Notes under the pieces: generated by a model
The model's database searches: none
What the model was told of the DNA's origin: nothing
What the model saw: the letters and a program-made list of their open reading frames with translations, nothing else
Part shown: piece by piece, positions 1 to 11,858 of the stretch
Layout: each line of letters starts with the position of its first letter
Position numbering within the stretch: the stretch's first letter is position 1
Position numbers and translations under genes: made by a program
Assembly: GCF_003704095.1 (NCBI RefSeq)
Contig: NW_020844103.1
Span: 310,001 to 374,000, forward strand
DNA from: Pocillopora damicornis
Lineage: Eukaryota
Reading direction: 5' to 3'
DNA length: 64,000 nt

Positions 1-163
1 AACAAACAAAACAAAATAAAAAACAAGCAAAGATTTATATTTTATCGGCAAAAATGACATAGAAATTGGTCTTTGCGCATGCGTTAAGTGGCATGTTAAA
101 GATATGAATGAACCTTTTTAATTCGCATTTTCCTATCTGTTTCTTGAATTTCTGTTTAAAAAA

Positions 164-2912
164 ATGAACGCCAAAAAGACTTGGTTTTTTCTGCTTCACG
201 GAATGATGCATTTGGCAATCGTCGCTGCTGCTAAACAGTTTCCTATTTCTCGTAGAGCAATATTTTCCACACAGGAAAACGTGCGCTTGAAAGGCCATAT
301 TGTTGATAGTTTTAACTCACCCAGTTTAACGTCGTGCAGCCATTCCTGCCTCAGGAATTCATGGTGTTCTTCCACAAACTTCAAGAAGCCATCAAAGGAC
401 AACGACCAAGGAACTTGTGAACTAAACCAACACGGGTTCCTCGACGAAGAAGCCGAGTTTCAAGACGAGCAAGGTGTAACATACTCCGTGTTTCTCAAGG
501 TAGGATATGGGAAAAATTTATGTTCATACATTTTTCTCGTATTTTTTTGTCATTTCTTTGGATTTACTTCAGTTTCTGATCTTTGTTATCTTATACATAT
601 ATATGTGAAACTATCATAATAAACTTATGTTGCGCTGAAACTTGCTGGGAATGGCTTATCTCTCATAGAGCACAGGTGTGGTATTATTTTCCAAGGTTGA
701 TAAAAATAATCAAATGAGAATGTAAGCGCATAGCTTTTTGTTAATAATGGGTGTAGTTGGAGTTGTGGTCGAAAGTATTTGAGGTTGGATTTAGAGTTAG
801 ACTTGATGTAGCATCAAAACATATTATTTTGAAGTAGAAAGCTCAGTTGTGATCCAAGGATCTCGGCACCTGCCTCTCAACCAGTTTCCCCACTGACTTC
901 GCAACATTATTTTGAATAGGATAAGAATAAATATTTATAGACATGGCGCTATCGACATCGCTGATCCTAGAAGTATGCAGGACGCGTGTCACATATGAAC
1001 TTCATAATGGGCGTCGTTCACCATAGAGTCTCCGAAGGTCTGAGGTTCCATTCTTTATAGGAACTCAGAATTTTTTCTTTGTCCCCCGCTCGTGACAAGA
1101 CGCAAAACATCTTGCTGTATTATTTTGAATATTTTGAAGATTATCATTGTTATGTTAATCATAGGGATGTGATACGACCTGTTGTCTCATTGGTGGATCT
1201 TGCATTCTTGACCAAAACAAACAGACATTTCAATGTTCGTGCAAGGCTCCTTGGACTGGAGAAAGATGTCTAAATGGTAAGATCTCTTTTAAGCTGAAAT
1301 CTGGCATAGTACATGTCAAGCAGGATTTTCAGCAAACTGAGCTGTTTACCTGCCCTGAGGCACTAGTGATTTAGACTATGTAAGTCGTTTGGTGGATTAG
1401 AGTTTGTTATAACTTTATTGTAAAATTTACGTAACCTTTGATCTATAGCAGAGAATCTGGTGGCTCTTCTTGTCCACTGTTTCCAGGTCAAATTGGAAAT
1501 TGGAATGTTGGCTTTCGTGGAGGAAGAAAACCGGAAGATCTGGAGAAAAACCCTCGGACGAGATCCGACAATAATCTCGCCTCAGATGTGACACCAGGTC
1601 CGGGAATCAAACCCGGGCTACAGCGGTAGGAGGCGAGCGCTCTCACCACTGCGCCATCCATACTCTCTCTTATAGTTAAGCTTATTTCTTTATTCTCCGA
1701 GATAGAACGTAAAGAGGTGTTTTCTGGGAAAATATATCAAGGTAGAGTGAATGGGCCTCTCTCTCGAGTAATGTCCCGGTGGCTTTCGCTCTTAGTTGAG
1801 CAGAAGCTGGGGGGCGTTTATCGGCTGAGGCTTAAGTGTGGACTCTAATATTTTGATAGCTCCTCTTTCATGCAAGGACATCCGGGACTCATGGGACTCC
1901 ATTGGGGACGGAGAGTACTGGATCGACCCTGAGAACAGTTGCAAGCCTGTGAAGGTCTTCTGTGACATGACAACGGAAGGAGGTAAGCTTGGTATGAAAA
2001 CAGCTCATTCACAAGAAAGCGATCAGTCTTCTGTCCTATAAATGCTAGATCAAGGTAAACTAAGTTTTCATTAAACATTTCGAAAAATTCACACGTTACG
2101 AGTACTTGAAAGAGTATTTCACCCCTCACAAATCTAAAAGGGTAAACTTCAAATTTCAGCTTACCTTGCCTTTCTGTAAAACTTATGTATCACATCATCA
2201 TTTTGATCTTAATCACGTGACAAGTATGAACCTTTTGAAAAACTCAGCTAATAGCTACCTTACCCTCTACCGACAGTTTCACCTTGTAACAGCGAACAAA
2301 TTACTAAGTGATTTCATTCATTGAAAATAGGCTTAAAAAGAACTTTACATTCCGTTCTGTTTTATTTCAGGAGGATGGCTTCTCGTCGCGAACTTTGTGA
2401 CTGATGGCTCTACTTCATTTACCAGATGGACTTTAAATTCATCATACCGAGCGATCAGCAACTTCTCCAGCAATAAAATGGGTATTACAACAAAGGCAAT
2501 GCAAGATCTCAGATCACACTTGAATTTCACTCAGCTTAGATTCCATTGCAGTAAGAAACAGGGACGTACGTTCCACGTGGCCACTGTGGCTAACAGCTCT
2601 GGCGAAGCTGTCGTTCAGTATTTCAGCGGTCAGACAAATGTAGTGCCTAATTCATGCGGGTCCTTTAAAAAAATGCGCGGGGATAACTCAGAGCTGGCAG
2701 CGCAGTGTGGAAGGTGGGGACATGAAAACAGGTACTATGTGGGAAAATGGGGAAAGAAAAACCAGAAAAGAGAGCAACGGTTGTACGATAGGGCTGCATT
2801 TGTTACAAAGAAGTACTACTGGTATTTGAGAGAAGACTACTGGTTCTGTGATGACACGACTAATGATACCATCTCGTCGCCAGGAGATTTTTGGAAAATC
2901 TACGTGCGTTAA
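164..2912 (+). CDS. Secreted PAN/apple + EGF + fibrinogen-related-like protein, copy 1 (exons 164-499, 1165-1276, 1860-1982, 2371-2912)
   Basis: Signal peptide, then a PAN-like Cys pattern (SCSHSCLRNSWCSSTNF...CELN), an EGF exon (CLIGGSC...CSCKAPWTGERC) and a fibrinogen-type N-terminal motif (SCKDI...GDGEYWIDP...VFCDMTTEGGGW). The GT-AG introns are phase-consistent. Confidence 0.85.
919..1118. mobile_element. ~200 bp insertion in intron 1 of copy 1 with a 13-bp target-site duplication
   Basis: ATTATTTTGAATA occurs at 906-918 and 1119-1131. The paralogous intron (~8506-8520) has a single copy and no insert. Confidence 0.8.
1460..1659 (-). mobile_element. tRNA-derived SINE
   Basis: Minus strand begins GGATGGCGCAGTGGTGAGAGCG (A box) ... 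GGTTTGATTCC (B box). A diverged copy sits at the same position in the paralogue. Confidence 0.7.
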
Positions 2913-5593
2913 ATGATTAAAACGCACAAGAGGAAGAGCAATTTTGATTTGAGCATCGAAGCAGTATAGATCTGCGCTATTCGTCACACTGTTGGAAACT
3001 GTACGATACGTTAATTATTCTTATCTGAGTTGATTGATATTTATTAGTAATTTCGTTTATCCATACATAGCCAAACTAACATGTATGCGGCACGTGTTTT
3101 ATCGCCCTATATATGGCACTATTCTAACCTGTTTACAACGGGACATTTTGTGTGTGTTTCCTCGGAATAAGCCGAGAGTTGTTAGTGGGAGTTAACCGAA
3201 GCGTTGTAGTAAAATCGTTAAATCAAGTGAATAAACCGTGAGTTAATAAGAAGGCGTGGTACAGCTTTTTCACGTTTTGGACAACACTATACTTTGTGAA
3301 CTTTCTACCTTAAGACACGCACCATCCCAGCTCTCAATTGCCAATCAGGTCCAAAACTAAAAATAAATAACCCGAGATTTCCCGCCCTTAAGACCGATTT
3401 CGCACAGTCACTCTCAGTTCTGAGAGATCTTCTGATTAGTTCCTTGTATATACACTCTTCCTCTAATTTTCGTTTTGTTTCTACAATACTCAATCCAAAA
3501 TCGCTCTATATATNNNNNNNNNNNNNNNNNNNNNNNNNNNNNNNNNNNNNNNNNNNNNNNNNNNNNNNNNNNNNNNNNNNNNNNNNNNNNNNNNNNNNNN
3601 NNNNNNNNNNNNNAAAGAAATTAGTGTGATTTTTATTCTCGCCTAATTCGTACAGCGCTGAAATCTGTAATCTTACTTGTTGTTTTTTCTCATTGCCTTA
3701 GAGAAAGTTACAACCAATGCCAAAAATTTGTGAAAAAATCGCACTGCAAGGTATCAATCACACTACGACGATGATGGATTTAATACATCTTGAAATATTT
3801 GGGAGATTAAATTGTTGAGGAAATTTGAGCATGATCATTTTACTGGTGTAGAAGATTTTGAATAACACTGTCTGCTAAATGGGAAATACATAGTTCTTAA
3901 TGAATAAAGACTGAACACAAAGGAGAAATGCGTTGTTTCACTAAGAGGAAATTTGTAAGCATCGTAAGAGTACACCAGTCCAATAGGCGTTCGCAGCGCA
4001 CGCAGTGAAACGTGATGCATAAATTCCAAATTATCAAGTAGAGACAATAGCCTCCATTTGGCGCGAAAAATATGCGAAAATATGCGTTTCCTGGAGCAAA
4101 GCTCGAGGAAAACTGTGAGCTTCAACAAACAGATATTGTCCACTGAGGACAAGTACAAGAAAAATATCCTTCACAGCTCAGAGCTCACAGTTTTCCATTA
4201 GCTTCGCTCTCGGGAAACTGTTCGCATCTCGGAACAGATAATGTCTGCCCTCTTCTAATATGTAGTCTTGCCCTTCCTGGCCGACTTTTTTGACAACTTT
4301 CGCTCTATAATTCCCTGCTTTGTTTTTATTTGCACATTGGGTCGTCTCCATGAGTGATCTCTGCAGGTTTATAGAGAGGGTTTCAGTACGCTTACATTGG
4401 AAGGCAAAACTGCTAAACTGTTCCTCGAATGACTACTAGTATTAAAAAAAAGAAACATCAGAAGTTTGCTAAAACATGATCAGATTACTCGAAAAGCTTA
4501 CATTAAGACTAACCCTAAGCAAACTTCATTTCTTATCGACCGTATAAGAAGAAAAACAAATTTTTAGACATCTTTTATCCTCTGCGATTCTCTTCTGTTT
4601 ACCAATTGATTTATATTGAAACAACTCGTCATTCTTACACCTGTGGTACGTGTCCGTGTATTGGTGCAAATTTGAATCCGATCAGTTCACCTGTTTTAAA
4701 GATTTCAAAAGACACTGCACGCTACTAATCAATTTGAAAAGACATTGTTCTAGCTGAATAAAAGCTGAACGCAAAACAGAAATGCGTCGTTAAACTAAGA
4801 GGAAAAACTTGTACATTTGGTAACCATACATAAGCATGTTAGTTGGTCCTCTTGCTGCGCCTATGCACATAGGGCCTCAGCTATAGAACGCCATTGATTT
4901 CTTTTGGTTGCCTATCCGTCAAGCTAACCCATATCCAGCCTCTGGCCCTCATTTTCTTTTTTACAGCTCTTCTCCACGCCTTGTTTGGTCTCTCTTTCGT
5001 CAGTCAAACAACCTTTGGACAATCCATTGCTCTGTTAGTGTGAGAGAAATTCGTTGGAAGTGCATTTTTCGAGCTAATTTTAGCCTTTACCCTAGGAATT
5101 TGATGAGGGGGCTCTAAATAGGGATACCTCAGGGATCAGCCGCGAGCCCAAACCACTCTGGATTCTTCAATAACTTATTGATCCTCATAAACTGTGAAAG
5201 TTTGAAAGAAATCGGTGAGATGGCATGTGTCACGCCTGCCTGGTCCTCTCGCGGACAGACTCTTAACTTCTCCTTTCCTTTATAATTAGAATTATCCACA
5301 CCGTCAGATAATCACTAATGAACGATTCGGCTGTCAAAATTTAATTAGAATCTGGTAATATCATTTTGTGACAGGGTCTAACTGGCTTTTAAGGGCCTGC
5401 TGATTTTCATCGAAACTTGAAAGAGTAGTGAAAGAAACAAGTTTTCAACCTCCCCCCCCCCCCCCCCTTCTGTAAGTATGGACTCTCGCAATAAAACGAT
5501 ACATCACTACATTTAAGTCCAAACAAACGATCAACAAGTGACTAATGAATTGAAAACATAGTTAGAGCTATCCTTTGTGCTTTTCATTCCTAG

Positions 5594-5846
5594 GCTGTCC
5601 ATCTTGCGAAGGTTCCTTCACATTAGAGGATTGTGATGGAAATTTAACGACAGAAATATGAGAAAATTTACCGTGCAGATGCTTTGTGAGAAAGCAACTG
5701 TACCCCATCGGGACGCTCTTCTTGCGAGGCTGTGTTGTAAAAGAAATGGCTGCGGAGATAAGTAAAGCGTGCCGCGATGGCTTCTTGAAAGACACCTGTC
5801 AATATGGTATCTAAGGGGGAACTGGGTGTATAGCAACTTTCGAAAA
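5594..5846 (+). pseudogene. Ly6/uPAR (three-finger)-like pseudo-exon
   Basis: Bounded by AG and GTGAGT. Reads CPSCEGSFTLEDCDGNLTTEI*ENLPCRCFV...LRGC...C...C QYGI*GGTGCIA, with stops at 5659 and 5812 where Cys would be expected. Confidence 0.5.
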
Positions 5847-7325
5847 GTGAGTTTGCATATCTGGATACTTAGTTGGAAAAAGTTTGAGGTAAGAGTCATG
5901 TGTCATTCTGGAGTTTCTTTGTTTCCCCATCCATGCTTTGTTTGTCTTTTTTTCGTTCGGTCACGTAATGTTATTCCCAGTTTACATCTCAGAATGGATT
6001 GACTTTGAGGGCCTGGGAGAAAGTCTACAGGAAATATCTAATAGGGCAAATTTGGTCAAGTATTTAATCCCAAGACTTAAAAATGATAAAAACGGAAGAG
6101 CTCCATCGCTCATTTTATGCAAAACGCCACTTACATGGGCTAATTTCGAATGCAGACAACTGTTTGCTAATCGGTGACGGCTGATCATATTCGCGAACTA
6201 ATATTCAAGCTAATTTTCTTGCCCAACGTGAATACTGTTGACAGATTTTATGGCATTTTGTTAAAAGTGATTAACTGGTGCCATAAAGCATCTGATTACA
6301 GATGGGGCACATACATTCTCTCCTGGTCTATCTATGGCCTCAGGTCCGTTCCCTCACATTTTGTGTGCACCTGGCTTCTATTGTTATTCAAATTAAGGTA
6401 GGCACTTTTAGCAAACCATGACAGCGACGGAAACGAGGTGACAAAGCAAAAGATCTAATGGGGAGAACAAGAACTCCGCTCGTGCGTTTTGAAAATTTGT
6501 ACGAAACAACAACGTGAAATCCCCAAAATTTGCGTGGATTAAGAAAGGAAACCCCGACGGCAAATTAAATTATTTAAGTTTCCGTCTGGAATTAAACACT
6601 ACTTCCAAACGTGAAGCTGAAGTTGAAGCGTGGTGCTGCAAGACATCCATCCATTCACGAAAGTCTAACTAAAAATATGTATTTAATTTTTAATCTACGT
6701 CTTCCCTGAAATTGCCTTCCTCGCTGTTTAAGGTCCCAAATGATTCAAAGAAATGCAATGATAGCAAGTGGCCTAAACTATGGCCTAAACTGTTCAAAGG
6801 AATGATTTTTCAATTAATTTTTGGTATGACATATTAGAAACCAGGCTTGATGTTCTTTTATCTATGAAGGATTTCAAGCCTCGTTAGTTTTGTTTCCATT
6901 GTTAACAACGCTAGAAATAAGTGCGCAAACGGAAATTCTAGTTTTATTAAAAGTTTGTTTAATACGCGAATGTCAAAAGAGCTTTTGTTAACTGCCAACC
7001 TGGTGAATATTCCTAAAATTATACTTTCAACCAGTTTAAAGTTCCCTTTGAAAATGATCACTGGAAAAAACTTTCTGACTTTTTGTTCTTGCGGCTGTCG
7101 CATATAGAGCAGTTGTCGCCGCTGAATGATAAGTATTATTCTTCATAAAAAAACAAAACAAAACAAAACAAAACAAGCGAATGCTTTTTTTTAAAAAAAA
7201 GGAAACATTTGGCAAAAAGGACATAGAAAGTTTTCATGGAGCATGCGTTAAGTTGCATGTTAAAAATGTAAATCAATCCTTTTAATTCGCAGTTTCCCAT
7301 CTGTTTCTTGAATTTTTCTAAAAAA

Positions 7326-10096
7326 ATGAACCCAAAAAAGACTTTGTTTTTTGTGTTTCACGGAATTATGTATTTGATAATCGTCGCTGCCGCTAAACAG
7401 CTTCCTATTTCTCGTAGAGCAATATTTTCCATACAGGAAAACATGCGCTTGAAAGGCCATGTTGTTGATAGTTTTAACTCACCCAGTTTAACGTCGTGCA
7501 GCCATTCCTGTCTCAGAAATTCATGGTGTTCTTCCACAAACTTCAAGAAGCCATCAAAGGAAAACGACCGAGGAACTTGTGAACTAAACCAACACGGATT
7601 CCTCGACGAAGATGCCGAGTTTCAAGACGAGCAAGGTGTAACATACTCCATGTTTCTCAAGGTATGACATGGGAAGAAATTGTGTTCACACGTTTTCTCG
7701 TATTTTTTTGTCATTTCTCTGGATTTACTTTCTGATGTCTCTTATCTCATATTATGTGTAACTATCATGAAAAACTTATGTTGCACTGGAACTTGGCTGA
7801 AATGGTTTAGTCACAATCTAAAGTGAAAAAGTAATTATTAAAAAGAAGACAATGATGACCATAGTGCAACTGATATGACAATTCCATAGACAATAAATGG
7901 AGGAGATGATTACAAATGCAACAGTCATGTAATCAATAAAAACAATCAGTATTTCAAACTTTAAGTTACTGGAGTTTGATGTGACATCACTAGTGTTGGC
8001 AAGTGTTAGTGTTTTGTTTATAAAGAAGGAGCCAAAATAAGGCTCTTTTCGGTCTCATAAAAACTTCGCGTTCTATAATTATCATTGTATTTCATTTGCA
8101 TAAGACGTTACGCTGTTTTATTAGCGTAATATTCAGTGTTTTCTCACTAAAAAGGTTATTATTTATCTATGAGCCTTTCGTGCTTTACACTGTTTATCAA
8201 TGGTTATAAGTGCACGCCACTATCTCACATAGAGCACAAGTGTGTTGTTATCTTCCAAGGTTGATAAAAATAATAAAATTAGAATATAAGCGCATAGCTT
8301 TTTGTTAATAGAGAGTTTTACTTGGAGTTGTGGTCGAAAGTATTGGATTAAGAGTCAGAGTTTAAACTAATCAAGGAGAAAATACTGTGAACTTTGTAGC
8401 AGCAAAACATGATACATTAAAGAAGAAAGCTCAGTTGTGTTCCAAGAATCTCGGCACTTTCCACTCAGCGAATTTGCTCAAGCCAGTTTCCTACTGACGT
8501 CACAACATTATTTTGAATATTTTGAAGATTGTCATTGTTATGTTATTCACAGAGATGTGATATGACTGGTTGTCTCAATGGTGGATCTTGCATTCTTGAC
8601 GAAAACAAACAAACATTTAAATGTTGGTGCAAGGCTCCTTGGACTGGAGAAAGATGTCAAAATGGTAAGATCTTGTTTAGGCTGAAATCTGGCAAAGTAC
8701 CTGTCAAGCGGGATTTTCAAAAAAGCTATTTACCTGCCCTGAGGAACTAGAGATTTATAATTTCCCTATGTAAGTCGTTTGGTGGATTGGAGTTGGCTAT
8801 AACCTGTGAAATCTACGTAAAACTTTGATCTATAGAGGAAAATCTGGTGGCTCTTCTCGTCCGCTGTTTCTAGGTTAAATTGGAAAGTGGAATGCTGGTT
8901 TTTGTGGAGGGAGAAGAGTTGAAAGATCCTGGGGAAAACCCTCGGAGCAAGGACGAGAACTGACAATAAACTCGACTCTGATGTGACACCAGGCCCGGGA
9001 ATAAAACTCGGGCTACAATGTTAGGAGGGAGCCCTCTCACCACTGCGCCATCCCTACTCCCTCTCATAGTTAAACTTATTTCTTTATTATCAGAGATATA
9101 ACGTAAAGAAGTGTTGTTCGGGGAGAGATTTCCAGGTAGGATGAATGGGCCTTCCTCGAGTAATGTCACAGTAGCTTTGGCTCTTAGTTGAGCAAAAGCA
9201 GGCGGCGTTTATCGGTCGCAGCTTTAGTGTTGACTTTGATATTTTGATAGCTCCTCGTTCATGTAAGGACATCCGGGACTTATGGGACTCCGTAGGGGAC
9301 GGAGAGTACTGGATCGACCCTGAGAACAGTTGCAAGCCCATAAAAGTCTTCTGTGACATGACTACGGAAGGAGGTAAGCTAAGTATGGAAACGACTCATT
9401 CACAAGAAAGCGATTATTCTTTTGTCTTACAACTGCTGAATCAGGGCGAATTCAGTTTTCATTAAAAGTTTCGAAAAACTCACGCATCACTTGCACTTTA
9501 AACATTATTTCACACGTCACAAATCCAAAAGGGTAAACTTCAAATTTCACCTCACCGGGCCTTGTCTTTCTGTAAAATTTACGCATCACGTATTAATTTT
9601 GGGCTTAATCATTTACGCATAGCTGTGGAAAAACTTTTAGAAAATATTTACTTTTTTAAGGTTTAATTTGGTGCTAACATTACCATTTATAATCTCTTTT
9701 AATAAAAATGTACATCCAAGCCATTTCTCGCAAAAGCTGCGTTCGAATTGGTTACTTTACTCGCTGTCTATTCCGTGTGAGTAAAGAAATTAGGAACATT
9801 GCGTTATTATAAACAAGGTAAAATAAAAATATGAGGTTTTCTTGTTGTTAAGTTTTGAACGACTAATAGATCTTGCTGAAACAATTTGATAATTTACTTT
9901 TGATTCATATGCATAATGCTTATTTGGGATTTGTCTTTGTCAACTATCAAGCGACAGGAATCTCGAGCTCGTATTGGAATTGTGAAATCTCATTTTTTAT
10001 TCAAGCTGTGTGATTTCTTTTATTGAAAATAGGCTTAAAACGCTGAAAGAATTTTAAATTCCGATTTGTTCTATTTCAGGAGGATGGCTTCTCGTC
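7326..10096 (+). CDS. Secreted PAN-EGF-fibrinogen-like protein, copy 2 (exons 7326-7661, 8553-8664, 9251-9373, 10080-gap); last exon truncated by an assembly gap
   Basis: Same exon lengths (336, 112, 123 nt) and near-identical protein to copy 1. Exon 4 begins GGWLLV and then runs into Ns. Confidence 0.8.
8845..9053 (-). mobile_element. tRNA-derived SINE, paralogous to 1460-1659
   Basis: GGATGGCGCAGTGGTGAGAG head on the minus strand, same intronic position as in copy 1. Confidence 0.7.
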
Positions 10097-10893
10097 NNNN
10101 NNNNNNNNNNNNNNNNNNNNNNNNNNNNNNNNNNNNNNNNNNNNNNNNNNNNNNNNNNNNNNNNNNNNNNNNNNNNNNNNNNNNNNNNNNNNNNNNTACA
10201 TTGATGAGTAATAAGAAGGAAAAAAGAAATTAGTGCGACTTTTGTTCTCGCATAATTTGTACAGCGCTGAAATCTGAAATCTTATTGGTTGTTTTCTTTC
10301 ATTGGCAGGAGCCCATTACTTGATGGGCTCCTGTCATTAGCTGAGAAAAAGGTACAATCAATGCCAAAAATTTTTGAATAAATCGCACTGCTGGGAATCA
10401 ATCAGACTTCAACGATTATGGATTTAATAAATTTTAAATTATTTGTAGAATAAATTGTTGAGGATAATCGGGAGTCAGTTCTGAGGGCGACTCTGGCCAG
10501 GGCTGATGATGGCATTAGACTCTATAAAAACATGTACATAGATACAAAGTATGTTATAAAAGGTTTGTGTGCTACAGTACGTTTGAACGAGCTTGTGTAA
10601 TCATTTTTTGTGGAACGCAGAGTAATGAACATTATTGTTTCTTTTCTATAAACTCTAGGAAGACACGTTTCTCGTTACTATCGAGTAGACTTGCAGTAAT
10701 AAAAATTAAAACTCTCACACAAAAACGCATGCTCGGAAACCTTAATTAATGACTGAGAACCACCTTTGAAAAAGAATGTCCCTCGTGTCCCGTTAGCTTT
10801 ATGCTTAGATGCGTTTATATATGACTACCACAGACAGCATGAGTTATTTGCAATATTATTTTATTCATCCACTTGTTTTAGCCCCAAAAATAA

Positions 10894-10940
10894 ATGACAT
10901 CGAGAGTTCTTGAAAAGTGTTCAAGAACTCTCGATGTCAT
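10894..10940. repeat. Perfect 21-bp inverted repeat with 5-nt loop
   Basis: ATGACATCGAGAGTTCTTGAA-AAGTG-TTCAAGAACTCTCGATGTCAT. Confidence 0.9.
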
Positions 10941-11545
10941 GTATTGGCTGTATTACCAAAACTCATCTAGGCATTTTTTTAGCTTTTTTGCCTTTAATGT
11001 TAAGCCAATCGGGTCAACCCTGTAGGAAAGTACCGATAATTGAGAAGAATGATTAACTAAATATATTAACGAACATGATTTATCAATATACTGTACTAAT
11101 TCTCGTAGTTCCGATGCATATTACGGTTAATTTTGTTTTTCAATTTTCTCTCGGATATTTGATGTCTCCTCTCCCTGCCGGGTCAGCTTCTTCGATTCAA
11201 TTTAAGATTACCAATGCACTCTTTTGGTTCACTAAGAATAAATTCGTAAAACAAACAACATTACGCGAGGCCTTCATGAACAATGCAAGTTCCACTTCTT
11301 ACAATAATAGAAACACACGAAATTTATAACTTGAAGATCCAACTCTTCAGAAAAGAGAAAGAGATTGTTTTTCTTTATCCTTTGAAAAAAAAATGGTTTA
11401 CGGAGTACAGCCCACGTAAGGTGGCCGATGGTTAGACCCACGCAAAATGGCTCTTTGTTCATTATCAAATCAAATCAGAACGCAAATTCGTAGTCGAGTC
11501 TGAATGCAGATGATCATTTAATCTCGGTTACTCTCGCACCCCTTT

Positions 11546-11699
11546 GTCACTAGCAACGAGTATTTGTTTTTTTACTTTTGCTTTTCTTTATAAAACTACA
11601 CGGGTCATTCACGAAAAATCCAAGTCTTCAGCAGGATAAATGAGTTTTTAATTTGACACTAATGACGATTTGGTTACTATGTACGTCACCAGGGTAAAC
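11546..11699 (+). promoter_or_regulatory. RFX X-box-like motifs upstream of the DCDC2-like gene
   Basis: GTCACTAGCAAC (11546-11557) and GTCACCAGGGTAAAC (11685-11699) resemble the X-box consensus. DCDC2 is a known ciliary RFX target. Confidence 0.45.
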
Positions 11700-11858
11700 A
11701 AATCATGTGACACCCCATAATGTGCACGTCGACAATTACTGAGGTCACAGAGAGCTCAGTGAACTGTGAGTGATTTTACCATGTCTTACCTAATAGTGTT
11801 CTTCTCGTCTTAAACTTAATTAGAAGTTCTAAGTGAGGTAAAATAGGATTCCAGGATC

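Noticed and set aside
5659-5661. Selenocysteine read-through of TGA at a Cys position
   Set aside because: A second in-frame TAA disrupts the same domain and I see no SECIS, so decay is the simpler explanation.
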